A stretch of DNA of 64,000 nt, taken from positions 100,864-164,863 of the forward strand of contig JAOABP010000005.1 in assembly GCA_026418295.1 (NCBI GenBank). The letters are read 5' to 3'. The notes beneath the pieces are model-generated. The model saw nothing but the letters and a program-made list of their open reading frames with translations, was not told the DNA's origin and searched no databases. Positions 9,892 to 20,505 of the stretch are shown in pieces (the first letter of the stretch is position 1; each line of letters begins with the position of its first letter). The DNA is from a candidate division WOR-3 bacterium. GTDB taxonomy: Bacteria; Hydrothermota; Tepidihabitantia; Tepidihabitantales; Tepidihabitantaceae. The position numbers and the translations under genes were made by a program.

Positions 9892-11183
9892 TTTCTGCCC
9901 AGTACCCGGCGGTAGACCGCATCCACATGCTGAACCAGATTTCGCAGCTGGAACACCGCTTCCAGTTCGGACGGGCTGAGATGGCGCTGTACTGTCCGGT
10001 CATTTCTGGCGAGCTGACTCAAGGTTGTGCCCGAGCTGATTGCTTCAAATGACAGTTTCTGCACCAGCCTGTAGGCACGGGTGCGGTTCATCCCCTTGTT
10101 TACCAGTGCCAGCAGCAGTGCCTGCGAGAAGAAGGTCTCACCTGAGATTTTCAGGTTTTTCTCCATCTGCTCCGGTCTGACCACCAGTCCGGCGAGGACT
10201 CGGTTCATCTGCCGGAGGCAGTAGTGGAGCAGGGTGAAGGCTTCGGGGATGATAATCCGTTCGGCGGCGGAGTTGGTCAGGTCCCGCTCGTGCCAGAGGG
10301 GGATGTTCTCGTAGCTGGCAAAGGCGTAGGAACGGATCACCCGGGTAAGGGAACAGATCCTTTCGCAGATGATCGGATTTTTCTTATGAGGCATTGCTGA
10401 GGACCCCGCCTGAGACTTGCCAAACGGTTCACTCACTTCACCGATTTCGGTTCGCTGGAGGTTGCGGATTTCGGTGGCGATCCTTTCCAGTCCGGTAGCG
10501 ATCAGTGCCAGCATCGAGAGGAGAAAGGCATGCCGGTCGCGGGGGATCACTTGGGTTGATACCGGTTCCACCTTCAGATTAAGCAGTTTCAAAACCCTTT
10601 TTTCCACCTCCGGGCTGAGCTGAGTGTAGGCACCGACGGTGCCTGATATTTTGCCGTAGGCGATTTCCGCCCGGGCGAGTTTGACCCGTTCAATGCCCCG
10701 ATTGATTTCCGCCAGCCAGGATAGGCATTTCAGCCCGAAAGTAATCGGTTCCGCATGTACGCCGTGGGTTCTTCCGATCATTGGAGTCCACTGGTAGCGG
10801 CGGGCAAGATTGGCAGTGGTCACCTGGAGTTCAAGGAGTGCCGTGTGGATTATATCCAGTGCCTGAACGCAGCGCAGCACCAAGGCGGTGTCAACCACAT
10901 CATAAGAGGTAATTCCGTAATGGACATACTTGCCTGCTTCGCCGGCACTTTTTGCCACGCTGCGGGTGAAGGCAATTACATCGTGGTTGGTTTCCTTTTC
11001 AAACCGTTCAATCTCACTGATTTTAAAAGTTGCCTGCTGGATTTTTTCTGCTGCCGGCTTCGGGATAATCCCCAGTTCGCCCTCGATCTTTGCCACCGCC
11101 TTTTCCACGAGCAGCCAGGTCTTGAACTTTGTCTCCTCAGACCAGAGCTGAGCCATTTCCGGTGTCTGGTAGCGGGAGGTCAT
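9888..11183 (-). CDS. purB: Adenylosuccinate lyase
   Basis: GRTHGVHAEP and GSSAMPHKKNP signatures. Confidence 0.95.
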   Translation of the reverse strand: MTSRYQTPEMAQLWSEETKFKTWLLVEKAVAKIEGELGIIPKPAAEKIQQATFKISEIERFEKETNHDVIAFTRSVAKSAGEAGKYVHYGITSYDVVDTALVLRCVQALDIIHTALLELQVTTANLARRYQWTPMIGRTHGVHAEPITFGLKCLSWLAEINRGIERVKLARAEIAYGKISGTVGAYTQLSPEVEKRVLKLLNLKVEPVSTQVIPRDRHAFLLSMLALIATGLERIATEIRNLQRTEIGEVSEPFGKSQAGSSAMPHKKNPIICERICSLTRVIRSYAFASYENIPLWHERDLTNSAAERIIIPEAFTLLHYCLRQMNRVLAGLVVRPEQMEKNLKISGETFFSQALLLALVNKGMNRTRAYRLVQKLSFEAISSGTTLSQLARNDRTVQRHLSPSELEAVFQLRNLVQHVDAVYRRVLGRK

Positions 11184-11188
11184 AAATA

Positions 11189-12319
11189 CTATCTCAGCTG
11201 GTAGAGGATTCTTAACTGCTCACCCTTGCGATCAATAATCAGGTCGATTGAACCTTGAAGCCGGTTCAGCCGTTCCTGGAGCAGCCGGGCAGAACTGGCG
11301 ACCTTGCCCTGAAACACCAGAATTACATCACCCGGCAGCAGGCCGATTTTTTCGGCGATGGAATTTTCATTGACTCCAACGACCACTACCCCTTTCGTAT
11401 GGGCAAGACCGAAGCGACGTCGGAGCACCGGGTTGATATCGGCAACCACAAGACCGAGTGCAGTGCTGAATTTTTCATATTCAGCCTGAGTTTCTCCGAG
11501 AGCCTCGCTGATAAACCTTTTGACTTCATTAATGGGCCGGGCGAATCCGACACCTTCCGAACCACCGGCGTGGGAAAAAATGAAGGTGTTGATACCGATG
11601 ACCTCGCCCAGAGCATTGACCAGCGGACCACCCGAATTTCCGGGGTTGATTGCCGCATCAGTCTGAATCATATCGGTATAGACGGCACCGCCTCTGCCGG
11701 AACGGATGTCCCGGTGCAATGCGGAGATGACGCCGACGGTTACGGTCGGCTGGGCATCTTCAATCAGGAATCCGAACGGATTGCCGATGGCAATTGCCCA
11801 TTCGCCGATCAGCAGCTGGTCGGAATTACCCAGTGGTGCTACCGGCAGGTTATCGCCCGAAATTTTCAACAGTGCCAGGTCCCGGTCTGGATCAACGGCA
11901 AGGATTTCCGCATCGAAGCTCCGGTTGTCGGGCAGGGTTACCTTAATCTTGGTTGCATTGTTGACAACATGGGCATTAGTGATGATGTAACCCTTAGCAT
12001 CTACAATTACTCCCGAACCCATGGACTTGATTTCCTGCCGGAAGGTATGCCGGGGAAAGAAGTCCTGGAAGAAGTCGTCAAACCCGAAGATATCAAACGG
12101 GTCATAGGATACAATCCGCGTCTGAGTCACTACGACTGAGACCACCGCCGGGCTGACCTTCTGAGCGGCGATGACAATCGCATTTACCCGGGACCGGTCA
12201 ATTTCAGTATTAATCTGTTCAACTGCAGGCCGGGATGGAGGTTTTTCGGTTGTAGCGCCACAGGCAAGGGGCAGAAACGGCAGCAGCAATGCAATAATAT
12301 TAAGGGGATTGTATTTCAT
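11189..12319 (-). CDS. HtrA/DegP-family serine protease with PDZ domain (probable lipoprotein)
   Basis: TNAHV, DLA, QTDAAINPGNSGGPL; lipobox-like PLAC. Confidence 0.93.
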   Translation of the reverse strand: MKYNPLNIIALLLPFLPLACGATTEKPPSRPAVEQINTEIDRSRVNAIVIAAQKVSPAVVSVVVTQTRIVSYDPFDIFGFDDFFQDFFPRHTFRQEIKSMGSGVIVDAKGYIITNAHVVNNATKIKVTLPDNRSFDAEILAVDPDRDLALLKISGDNLPVAPLGNSDQLLIGEWAIAIGNPFGFLIEDAQPTVTVGVISALHRDIRSGRGGAVYTDMIQTDAAINPGNSGGPLVNALGEVIGINTFIFSHAGGSEGVGFARPINEVKRFISEALGETQAEYEKFSTALGLVVADINPVLRRRFGLAHTKGVVVVGVNENSIAEKIGLLPGDVILVFQGKVASSARLLQERLNRLQGSIDLIIDRKGEQLRILYQLR

Positions 12320-12367
12320 CGAATTAGTTTAACCGGCAATTGGAGTAAGGTCAAGCCTTGCCGGTGC

Positions 12368-12396
12368 TTGACAGAGGAAAAGGACAGATTTATAAT
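12368..12396 (+). promoter_or_regulatory. Consensus sigma70 promoter TTGACA-17-TATAAT for the secreted propeller pair
   Basis: ttgaca 12368-12373, tataat 12391-12396; SD AAGGAGGT before ATG 12480. Confidence 0.75.
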
Positions 12397-12479
12397 TTAT
12401 TAAGCAGGCAGAAGACATCGGCAGTTCAATTTTTCTTCTTGGGTCTACATCCGGACGGCTTTAAAATTTTAAGGAGGTC

Positions 12480-15413
12480 ATGATGAGAAATCCGGGTTTG
12501 AACTCTGTAATACCCAGTTGCCTACTTTTATCAGTTTTCCTGATAATTTTTATCCCTCAATCTGGAAGGGCTCAGGTTGAAGTCTGGACTGCCCGCTATG
12601 ATGGCGGGGCTGATGACTGGGATGAGGCAACTTCAATGGTACTGACTCCGGACGGGAATATTGTGGTTACCGGTTTCAGTGTCGGCAGTGACAACAGTCG
12701 GGATATCGCTACTGTCAAGTTTTCCGGAACATATGGGGAGATTATCTGGAGCCAGCGCTGGACAAGAAGTACCGGATCAAGGGATGAAGGCTGGAAGGTC
12801 TGCAGTGATACCGCGGGCAACATTTTTGTTGCTGGCTGGACGAGGACGACCGGCGCCGACACCGATTTTGTAGTGATCAAGTATACGGCCGATGGCACTG
12901 AGGAATGGGTTCAGGTCTACGATTCCGCCGGCGGGGCAGACCGGGCGACTGGAGTTGTGCCCGATGAGGCAGGCGGATGTTACGCTGCCGGTTACTCCTC
13001 CAACGGCACCAATCGTGATTATGTGATTTTTCATTTCCGGCCGGATGGCAGTCGGGACTGGCTCGTGCGGTATAACGGACCGGCGAATGGAAATGATCTG
13101 GCGAATGCAGTTGCGCGGGATAGAGCGGGGAATATCTATGTCACCGGTTTCTCTTGGGGTGGTTCTGTTGCCCGGCTGGACTATCTGACAATGAAGCTCA
13201 GTCCGGCAGGCGAAACACTCTGGACCCGGCGTTATGACGGCACCGCAGTTGACAGTCTGATCAAGAATGATTTCGGATTTGCCCTTACGGTTGATGATTC
13301 CGGCTATGTCTATGTCACCGGCAGAGCCGGGGAAAGCGGCAGCTGGTATGACGGCACAACAATCAAGTATACACCGGCAGGCCAGGTGGTCTGGATTAAC
13401 CGTTTTGACTGGGGTGAAAATGCGCTTGATGGTACTGGTGAGATTAGAATCGGTTCGGATCGCAGTATTTATTGTGCGGGTTATACCGAGACCAATATCG
13501 GCTGGTTTGACATGGTAATTTACAAATTGGCGCCGGACGGGCAGCTGGAATGGCAGCGCAGTTATGATTATGTTGCCGATGATGACAGTGTGACCGGGTT
13601 GTGGGTTGACCGTTTTGGCAACGCCTATATTACCGGTTATTCCTATGGTGGAGATGGCTGTATGGACTGGGTGACAATGAAATACAATCCGAACGGTGCC
13701 CTGATCTGGATGGCACGGCACAGCACGTTTGACGAGGATGACCAGAGTTATGATATTGCGGTTAACGGTCTGGGTGACGTGCTGGTTGCCGGTTATGACT
13801 ATCTTGAGGGAAGTGAGGATTATGCGGTGGTCAAGTATTCCGCACCGGATGTCGGTGCTGCGCTGATCATTCAGCCGGTTGATACATTCCGTCTGGATGC
13901 AATTGTCACTCCCAAGGTGCGGGTGAAGAACTTCAGTGCGCTCAGCTTTACATTTCCGGTGAGGATTGAGATTGGCAATTTCTATTTTGACATCCAGCAG
14001 GTGCCGGCACTGGCACCCTATGATTCCGCGGATGTGACTTTTGCCCCATGGACCGTACGCGACCTTGGTGAGCATGCGGTGGTGTGCTATTCAATGCTTA
14101 ACGGTGACAAGGAGCCGGGGAATGATACGGTTCTGGGGAGGGTGATTACCGTCTCGGCATGGGAGCGGCTGGAAGACATGCCGGCTGGTGCTCGAGGGAA
14201 AGGGGTAAAGGATGGCGGTGCGCTGGCATTTGCCCAGGAGAGTCTGGTTTTCGGATTCAAGGGCAATAATACCACTGAATTTTATGCGTATAATACCCGG
14301 ACCGGGCGCTGGGTGACCAAGGAGAGTATTCCGGCGATCGGCAGGAGCGGCAGCCGGAAACGGGTCAAGGGAGGCGCCTGTCTTGCCGCCGATACCGCAG
14401 GGAGTCTGTTTGCCCTCAAGGGCAGTAATACTTTGGAGTTCTGGCGGTATTCAATTGCTGATAACCGCTGGACCCAGCTGCCCGATTTTCCGACCGGTGG
14501 CACGACCAAGCGGGTGAAGAATGGTGCCGGGATGGTTTATGTGCCACAGCTGCACCGGATTTATGCCCTGCGCGGCGCCAATACCAACGACTTCTACTGC
14601 TATGTAATTGCCCGGGATTCCTGGATGGTGAGGAAAAGCGTTCCTCCGGGGGAACGCAACCGGCGGATGAAGGATGGAAGTGCGATTGCCTATGACGGCG
14701 ATTCGCTGATCTATGCGCTCAAGGGTGGCACCTATGAGTTCTATGCCTATAACATCAGCCGGGATACATGGATTCAGCTGCCCTATATTCCGGACAGCAG
14801 GATTTATACCAAGCGCACCAAGATGAAGAAGGGGGCGGCGATGGCTTATGATTACCAGTTCCAGCGGGTTTATGCAACCAAGGGGGGTAAGTCAACCGAA
14901 TTCTGGTTCTTTGACGCAATCGGGGACAGCTGGAGTGAAACCCGAGATACCTTTCCCAGGGGTCCGGATAATAAGGCGCCTTCCAATGGCGGTGCGCTGA
15001 CCTATGGTTCCGGCAAGGTTTATGCCTTGAAGGGTAACAAGACCCGGGAGTTCTGGCGGTATAATGCCAATTTTCCGCTCACCCCCCCGCTGCCGGGTGT
15101 GCAGGCAGAATTGTCAAGCCTCTTGCCGCGACTGCGGATGACCGTTATGCCCAATCCGGTCCGGAGTTACGGTATGATCTGTTACACTCTTCCTCAGCCG
15201 GGTGCGGTGCGGATGACGGTCTATGACATCGCCGGCAGGGCGGTCCGGATGGTGAGACATGATTATCTGCCGGCTGGCGACCAGACGGAGCGGTTGGAAA
15301 CTGCCGGGCTGAGTGCCGGAGTGTATCTGGTTCGGATTGAGGTTCTGGACGGTTCGGGCAGATATGGCGCAACGCAGAAGGTTATAATTCCCGCTAATGG
15401 CAGAGAAAATTGA
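12480..15413 (+). CDS. Large secreted protein: SBBP-like propeller, Ig/CARDB-like domain, Kelch-type propeller, T9SS/FlgD-like C-terminal domain
   Basis: Signal peptide; repeated DxxGNIYVTG...KY...W units; repeated ALKGxxTxEFWRY; C-terminal PNP...YDIAGR...LSAGVYLV...QKVII. Confidence 0.75.
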   Translation: MMRNPGLNSVIPSCLLLSVFLIIFIPQSGRAQVEVWTARYDGGADDWDEATSMVLTPDGNIVVTGFSVGSDNSRDIATVKFSGTYGEIIWSQRWTRSTGSRDEGWKVCSDTAGNIFVAGWTRTTGADTDFVVIKYTADGTEEWVQVYDSAGGADRATGVVPDEAGGCYAAGYSSNGTNRDYVIFHFRPDGSRDWLVRYNGPANGNDLANAVARDRAGNIYVTGFSWGGSVARLDYLTMKLSPAGETLWTRRYDGTAVDSLIKNDFGFALTVDDSGYVYVTGRAGESGSWYDGTTIKYTPAGQVVWINRFDWGENALDGTGEIRIGSDRSIYCAGYTETNIGWFDMVIYKLAPDGQLEWQRSYDYVADDDSVTGLWVDRFGNAYITGYSYGGDGCMDWVTMKYNPNGALIWMARHSTFDEDDQSYDIAVNGLGDVLVAGYDYLEGSEDYAVVKYSAPDVGAALIIQPVDTFRLDAIVTPKVRVKNFSALSFTFPVRIEIGNFYFDIQQVPALAPYDSADVTFAPWTVRDLGEHAVVCYSMLNGDKEPGNDTVLGRVITVSAWERLEDMPAGARGKGVKDGGALAFAQESLVFGFKGNNTTEFYAYNTRTGRWVTKESIPAIGRSGSRKRVKGGACLAADTAGSLFALKGSNTLEFWRYSIADNRWTQLPDFPTGGTTKRVKNGAGMVYVPQLHRIYALRGANTNDFYCYVIARDSWMVRKSVPPGERNRRMKDGSAIAYDGDSLIYALKGGTYEFYAYNISRDTWIQLPYIPDSRIYTKRTKMKKGAAMAYDYQFQRVYATKGGKSTEFWFFDAIGDSWSETRDTFPRGPDNKAPSNGGALTYGSGKVYALKGNKTREFWRYNANFPLTPPLPGVQAELSSLLPRLRMTVMPNPVRSYGMICYTLPQPGAVRMTVYDIAGRAVRMVRHDYLPAGDQTERLETAGLSAGVYLVRIEVLDGSGRYGATQKVIIPANGREN

Positions 15414-15426
15414 GGGAGGTTCCAAA

Positions 15427-18400
15427 ATGAAGTTTACAGTAGTAAAACTGGCCATTCTCAGCCTGATTCCGGTCCTTTTGACCGCCGGTGCGGTGGATAC
15501 GATGTGGCTGCGAATTTATCCGGGTTCGGATTCGGTAAGTGGTAATTTTAATCAGGCGGGTGATATCGGGTTTGACCCGCAGGGCAATATCATTGTCTGT
15601 GGTGCCGGCGAGAAGGGAACCGCGGGCAGTACCGATATGCTGGTTGCCAAGTTCAATCCATGGGGTGAGACGCTCTGGGTGCGCTCCTATGGCGGGATTG
15701 TGGGCAGTGAGGAGGATATGGCGCATGCGCTGGCGGTGGATTCGCTCGGAAATATCTATGTGGTCGGGGTCACTGCTCAGTCCGTTCCTTATGATCTTGA
15801 TATCACCTGGCTGAAATTTTCACCAGAAGGCAATCTCCTCTGGGCAAGAAGGACGATGCTGCCCGATGATGATATCGGTTATGATATTGAGATCGGCCTG
15901 CAGGGTGATATCTATGTCTGCGGTGCGGTTACCGATACCCATTTCGTTCTTTCCCGTTACTGGCTTGCCCGGATCAACCCGGTAAACGGCGATACGGTCT
16001 GGACTCGCAGTTATATTCTCGACACGCTGGCATTCAATGCAAAGCAGGACCGGCACCCGGATTTTGTGATGAGTGACTGGGACCGGTGGGACAACTGCGC
16101 AGCCGCGCTGGCGATTTCTCCGGACTCCGGGCATATCGTTACTACCGGCTTCGGCTACAGCGATAGCCGGAGCTATCAGGTGTGGACGATGAAGTTCCTT
16201 CCTGACGGCACCCGGCGCTGGCAGCATGAGCATTACTGGTCACTGGATTACGATGACGCCGGATTTGATGTCGCAGTGGCGAACAACGGCTACATCTTCG
16301 TTGCCGGGTTTGAGGAAAATGATTACAACTGGTATGATGCTACTCTTTTACGCTATTCGCCAACCGGCGGTACGCCTTCAGTGCGCAGGGTTAATGACCC
16401 GATGGATGATGAAGATTATTTCTTTGCAGTGACACTTGATGATTCTAACCCCCAGAATGTGTATGCCACCGGTGCCTATTATCAGAGCACGACAACCGGA
16501 TTTGATATTATTACCTACAAGGCGAATATGGCACTTACCGCCCGCTGGGGAACTGCCGGTGCGATCTTTTCCAGCAATCTTGATGATTACGGCTTTGCCA
16601 TTACTTACAATCAGGGCAAGGTTTATGTTGCCGGCAGAAAGGGCAATGACCTGGTGATACTGTGTTACCGGGTGGACAATGCGGTTCCGCACGACACCCT
16701 CTGGTCATTCAGCTACAATTCTCCATATAATCAGGAGGATTTTGCTGCTGCAGTTGCAGTCCGGGATTCGAACAGTGTCTACTTTGCCGGTCAGGCAGCG
16801 CGTAGCGGGCTTGCGAACAGTTACACCGATCTGGTTGCAGGTAGGCTGTTTTACCCTTATCCTGATGTCGGGGTGGATGCCATTCTTGCGCCTGCCGGCG
16901 TGGTGGGATATCAGGAAACGATTACACCTCAGGTCCGTTTTGTCAACAGCGGTAATTCGCTTGCCCGGTTCAATGCCACTCTGCGTATCGGCAGTGATTA
17001 CAGTCAGACGGTAAGCCGAAGTGCACCGCTCTATCCTGGTGATTCCTGTGTTTTAATCTTCCCGGACTGGGTGGCGCATCCGCTCGGGCAGGTGACGGTT
17101 GCTTGCACGGTGGCGATGAACGGTGACCGGGAACCGCTGAACAACCGGCTGACCGGTACAGTTGAGGTGGTGCTGCGCGATGCCGGCTGTCTGCGGATCG
17201 TGGCACCGGCGGATACCGTGGATTCGGGGGTGGCGGTTACACCGCAGGCATGGGTCCGCAATTACGGTACGGTTCAGGAGAATATCGGTGTCCGGTTCAG
17301 GATCGGCGACGGCTATGTAAATCAGCAGACGGTTCTGGTTGCTCCCGGGGAGAGCGCGCTGGTCCAGTTTGCCCTGTGGCGGCCGGCTGTGCCCGGCACT
17401 TGGGTTCTCCGCTGTTCGACCATGCTGACAGGTGATGTCAATCACGGCAATGATTTTGCTGATGGTCAGATTTTCGTCCGTTCCGGCGGTGGTGTCTGGC
17501 CCGCAGGCTGGCAGGAGGTGGCATCGGTGCTGTCGGCACCTTCCGGTCGAGCGGTCAAAGATGGCGGCTGGCTCGCATTTGACCCGGAACAGGGCAGGAT
17601 TTATGCGGTCAAGGGGTACAAGACTGGCGATTTCTACGTCTATGACATTTATGCCAACCGGTGGGCCACTCTTACCCCCTGGCCTGCCGGCACCGAGGGT
17701 AAGCTGCCCTACAAGGGTTCTGCGGGCTGTTATGGTGATGGCAGGATATGGGCGGTCAAGGGGTATAATACGCCAGGGTTCTGGTGTTATGAAATCAGCA
17801 CAGGTGAGTGGCGTCAGCTCCAGAATATCCTGCCGGGAAACTCGGGCAAGTATCCGAAGGGCGGAACCGATCTGGTGTATGCCGAAGTGGATGGTGTCGG
17901 TTATGTGTATCTGCTCAAGGGTTACAAGTGCGATTTCATGCGTTATAATACCGTGACTGGAGTCTGGGAACCGCTGCCGGATGCACCGGGAGGAATCAAA
18001 CCCAAGTGGGATAAAGGTTCTTGGCTTGCCTTTGACGGTGATAATACGCTTTATGCGCATAAGGCAAAGTATCATGAATTTTGGACCTTTGATGTCCGGG
18101 CAGGGCAGTGGAGTCTGACTCAGCTGCCTAATCTGCCGTTTGCCAGTCAGCGCACCGGCAAAAGCAAGAAGTCCAAGGATGGTGGTGCCGGTTTCTATTA
18201 CAACGGTTTCATCTATGCGCTCAAGGGGGGCAATACCTGTGAGTTCTACCGGTTTGACTGTGCCGGTCAGACCTGGATCGAGCTCGACCCGATGCCGGAG
18301 ATCGGTTCCACCGGTAGAAAGAAGCGGGTCAAGGCGGGTGGTGATATCGTTGCCGGTGTCAACGCCTGCTGGGCACTGAAGGGCAATAAAACACTCGAGT

Positions 18401-18747
18401 TCTGGCGTTACGGACTGCTCCTGCCGGTAGAACCGGACCGAGGTGCGCACAGTGCTCAGAGCGGTGAGGTGGCTGGTGCCGGGTGCTGGCAGTTGATGCC
18501 GGTTTACACCCGGGCGGGGGTCGGTTTCCGGTATTCTGCTCCGGAGCCGGTGCGGATTCAGGTACAGGTTTATGACCGGTCGGGCAGGCTGGTGCTGACC
18601 CTGCCGGAAATGCAGATCACCGGCACTGGAACCGTCAAGCCCGATCTCTCCGGTCTCAGTGCCGGAGTTTATCTTCTGAAACTGGAGGCGGATGACGGCA
18701 CAGTTCAGCAGAAAAAGCTGATCTTGCGACCGTCAGCGGAGGAGTAG
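15427..18747 (+). CDS. Paralogous large secreted protein: propeller, two Ig-like domains, Kelch-type propeller, T9SS-like CTD
   Basis: Start placed at ATG 15427 after GAGGGAGGT; signal peptide; same repeat types; YDRSGR...LSAGVYLL...QKKLIL. Confidence 0.75.
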   Translation: MKFTVVKLAILSLIPVLLTAGAVDTMWLRIYPGSDSVSGNFNQAGDIGFDPQGNIIVCGAGEKGTAGSTDMLVAKFNPWGETLWVRSYGGIVGSEEDMAHALAVDSLGNIYVVGVTAQSVPYDLDITWLKFSPEGNLLWARRTMLPDDDIGYDIEIGLQGDIYVCGAVTDTHFVLSRYWLARINPVNGDTVWTRSYILDTLAFNAKQDRHPDFVMSDWDRWDNCAAALAISPDSGHIVTTGFGYSDSRSYQVWTMKFLPDGTRRWQHEHYWSLDYDDAGFDVAVANNGYIFVAGFEENDYNWYDATLLRYSPTGGTPSVRRVNDPMDDEDYFFAVTLDDSNPQNVYATGAYYQSTTTGFDIITYKANMALTARWGTAGAIFSSNLDDYGFAITYNQGKVYVAGRKGNDLVILCYRVDNAVPHDTLWSFSYNSPYNQEDFAAAVAVRDSNSVYFAGQAARSGLANSYTDLVAGRLFYPYPDVGVDAILAPAGVVGYQETITPQVRFVNSGNSLARFNATLRIGSDYSQTVSRSAPLYPGDSCVLIFPDWVAHPLGQVTVACTVAMNGDREPLNNRLTGTVEVVLRDAGCLRIVAPADTVDSGVAVTPQAWVRNYGTVQENIGVRFRIGDGYVNQQTVLVAPGESALVQFALWRPAVPGTWVLRCSTMLTGDVNHGNDFADGQIFVRSGGGVWPAGWQEVASVLSAPSGRAVKDGGWLAFDPEQGRIYAVKGYKTGDFYVYDIYANRWATLTPWPAGTEGKLPYKGSAGCYGDGRIWAVKGYNTPGFWCYEISTGEWRQLQNILPGNSGKYPKGGTDLVYAEVDGVGYVYLLKGYKCDFMRYNTVTGVWEPLPDAPGGIKPKWDKGSWLAFDGDNTLYAHKAKYHEFWTFDVRAGQWSLTQLPNLPFASQRTGKSKKSKDGGAGFYYNGFIYALKGGNTCEFYRFDCAGQTWIELDPMPEIGSTGRKKRVKAGGDIVAGVNACWALKGNKTLEFWRYGLLLPVEPDRGAHSAQSGEVAGAGCWQLMPVYTRAGVGFRYSAPEPVRIQVQVYDRSGRLVLTLPEMQITGTGTVKPDLSGLSAGVYLLKLEADDGTVQQKKLILRPSAEE

Positions 18748-20226
18748 GACCCGGCGCAGCGGCAGGGCTGCGGTTTTAAGGAAGTAGATGCCGGAAGATA
18801 GGTGGGCAAGCCGGTTCGGACCGGGGTGGATTTCCGCTACTTTCCTTCCGGTCCGGTCCAGAAGCAGACCGTAATCAGGGGCGGTAATCACAGGCAGGTG
18901 ATAGACTGAAGTCTGGAGGCTGGTGCCCGGCTTGCGCTCCGGGCGGTCCGCAACCGCGGTGAGAAACCGGGGTTTAAGCATGCCATCGCCCACAAGGCAC
19001 ATCCCATAAAACCAGGAGCGTTCCCAGGGTTCAAAACCGTCCTGTGCCTGAGAGGTGAACCAATCCCGGAATGCGAGTGCCAGCGGTTCACCAGTGGCAA
19101 GGGGGAGATAGAAGTCCTGAAACTCAAGCATGGAGCCGGTTTTGGTGGAGCCGATCGCCGCCAGCCCGGATGATGACTGAAACACATACCTGCCACCGCA
19201 ATACCCGGGTTCAACAAACCGGACATTGGAGCAGGCAAACAGGTTGTAAAAGCAGGCTTCGGGATTAATGCGCGGGATGGACTCGCCATAGAACCAGTCC
19301 CAGCTCTGGCTGTGGTTGTATTTCATCGCATGGCCTCCGGGCCAGGAATGGGCACACAGCTGAATCCACTGATAGGCGGCGGTATCGATCCGGGGTTTGT
19401 AGTCCCGGACCCGGGTCTGCTCCGAATCGGCGACAAACACCCGCTCCGGATACAGGAGGCCGACATGTGAGTTCCATTCCCCTGCCCAGGGTGTCCAGTC
19501 GTCATCAATGTAAGTGAGCGCCCGGTCCCGGACTTGGAGCCTGCCGGTGCGGTAGGCGTGGAGACGGGCAAGATACTGCTGAATCAGACTGATATTCGGG
19601 CTGATGGTTGAGGTGTAAATCCGGGCGATGCCGATCTCCGGCTCAACTGTGCCGTAATGGGTGTCATAGATGCGGTCCGAACCGTGAATAAGCGAGTCCA
19701 GCGTATCCAGCCGGACAAGGGTATCCAGCCAGACTCCATCAAGATCCATCAGAAAGAGATCACAGGGAAACTCCTCATAATGCTCATCCGGGTCCCTTCT
19801 GCCGTTGCTGTTCCAGTCGTCAATCAATTGAAACCAGGGGACTGGCAGGTTGCCGATCAGAACGGCGGCGCTCAGGCTGGAGTCCTGGTATTCACGCCAG
19901 AGAAAGGTACGTAGTGACTCCGGGCTGGTGCCGGTGATGGCGAAGGCGGCAACCGAGTAGCCTTCACCGGTTAGGTCCGCATAGAGGGTGTCAAGCCACG
20001 GGTTCAGGGCACTTACGAGCGAGTCCTGAATCAGGATGTCAACCCGCGGGTCAAACCGGCTGCCGGCACCGGCAAACGGCTCGACCTGCCACCGGCTGGT
20101 CAGGGGCTGGCGGGCAACGAACTCCTGATAGCTGAGCGGTCTTGAGGAGTCCGGACCCAGCCAGCGCAGGACCGTAACCTCAGGGGGGACGGTCAGGATA
20201 AGCAGGGCGGGGATCAGAATGTCCAT
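18733..20226 (-). CDS. C25 (gingipain-like) cysteine peptidase family protein with short CTD
   Basis: AVLIG, DLFLMDLDG, IARI, AHS (His), LFACSN (Cys), LVGDG; C-terminal DRTGRKV...GIYF. Confidence 0.65.
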   Translation of the reverse strand: MDILIPALLILTVPPEVTVLRWLGPDSSRPLSYQEFVARQPLTSRWQVEPFAGAGSRFDPRVDILIQDSLVSALNPWLDTLYADLTGEGYSVAAFAITGTSPESLRTFLWREYQDSSLSAAVLIGNLPVPWFQLIDDWNSNGRRDPDEHYEEFPCDLFLMDLDGVWLDTLVRLDTLDSLIHGSDRIYDTHYGTVEPEIGIARIYTSTISPNISLIQQYLARLHAYRTGRLQVRDRALTYIDDDWTPWAGEWNSHVGLLYPERVFVADSEQTRVRDYKPRIDTAAYQWIQLCAHSWPGGHAMKYNHSQSWDWFYGESIPRINPEACFYNLFACSNVRFVEPGYCGGRYVFQSSSGLAAIGSTKTGSMLEFQDFYLPLATGEPLALAFRDWFTSQAQDGFEPWERSWFYGMCLVGDGMLKPRFLTAVADRPERKPGTSLQTSVYHLPVITAPDYGLLLDRTGRKVAEIHPGPNRLAHLSSGIYFLKTAALPLRRVLLLR

Positions 20227-20332
20227 AACTGATTATAATCATCAGCTCAGAGCAGTCAAAGCGGGTTGTGCGGTTGCCTAACATTCATCTCGTTCGAAAA
20301 CAGTTTTTTCTTTTTTGCGGAATGAACCAGGC

Positions 20333-20497
20333 GATTTCTCCACTCCGGTCGAAATTACTTTGTTCCCTTTTTGTCATTCCGAACGAGGCGTAACCCGAGC
20401 CGATGAACCCCTTGCATAATGTAGAGCACAGAATGAAGTGAGGGGTTTTCTCCACTGCGCTCCGCCTTAAGCTCCGCTCAGGTCAAAATGACGGGAA
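20333..20497. repeat. Degenerate REP/MITE-like palindromic elements (GTCATT...AATGAC), possibly also acting as terminator
   Basis: Inverted ends gtcatt 20373 and aatgac 20487-20492 with ttccc/gggaa flanks; 'tttctccact...gtc(g/a)aa(a)t(t/g)ac' occurs twice. Confidence 0.5.
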
Positions 20498-20505
20498 GGG
20501 AGGTT

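Noticed and set aside
12777-18450. Long antisense ORFs (432 aa and 465 aa), and similar ones at 40110-41291 and 58543-59718
   Set aside because: Shadow frames of GC-biased real genes, with no recognisable motifs.
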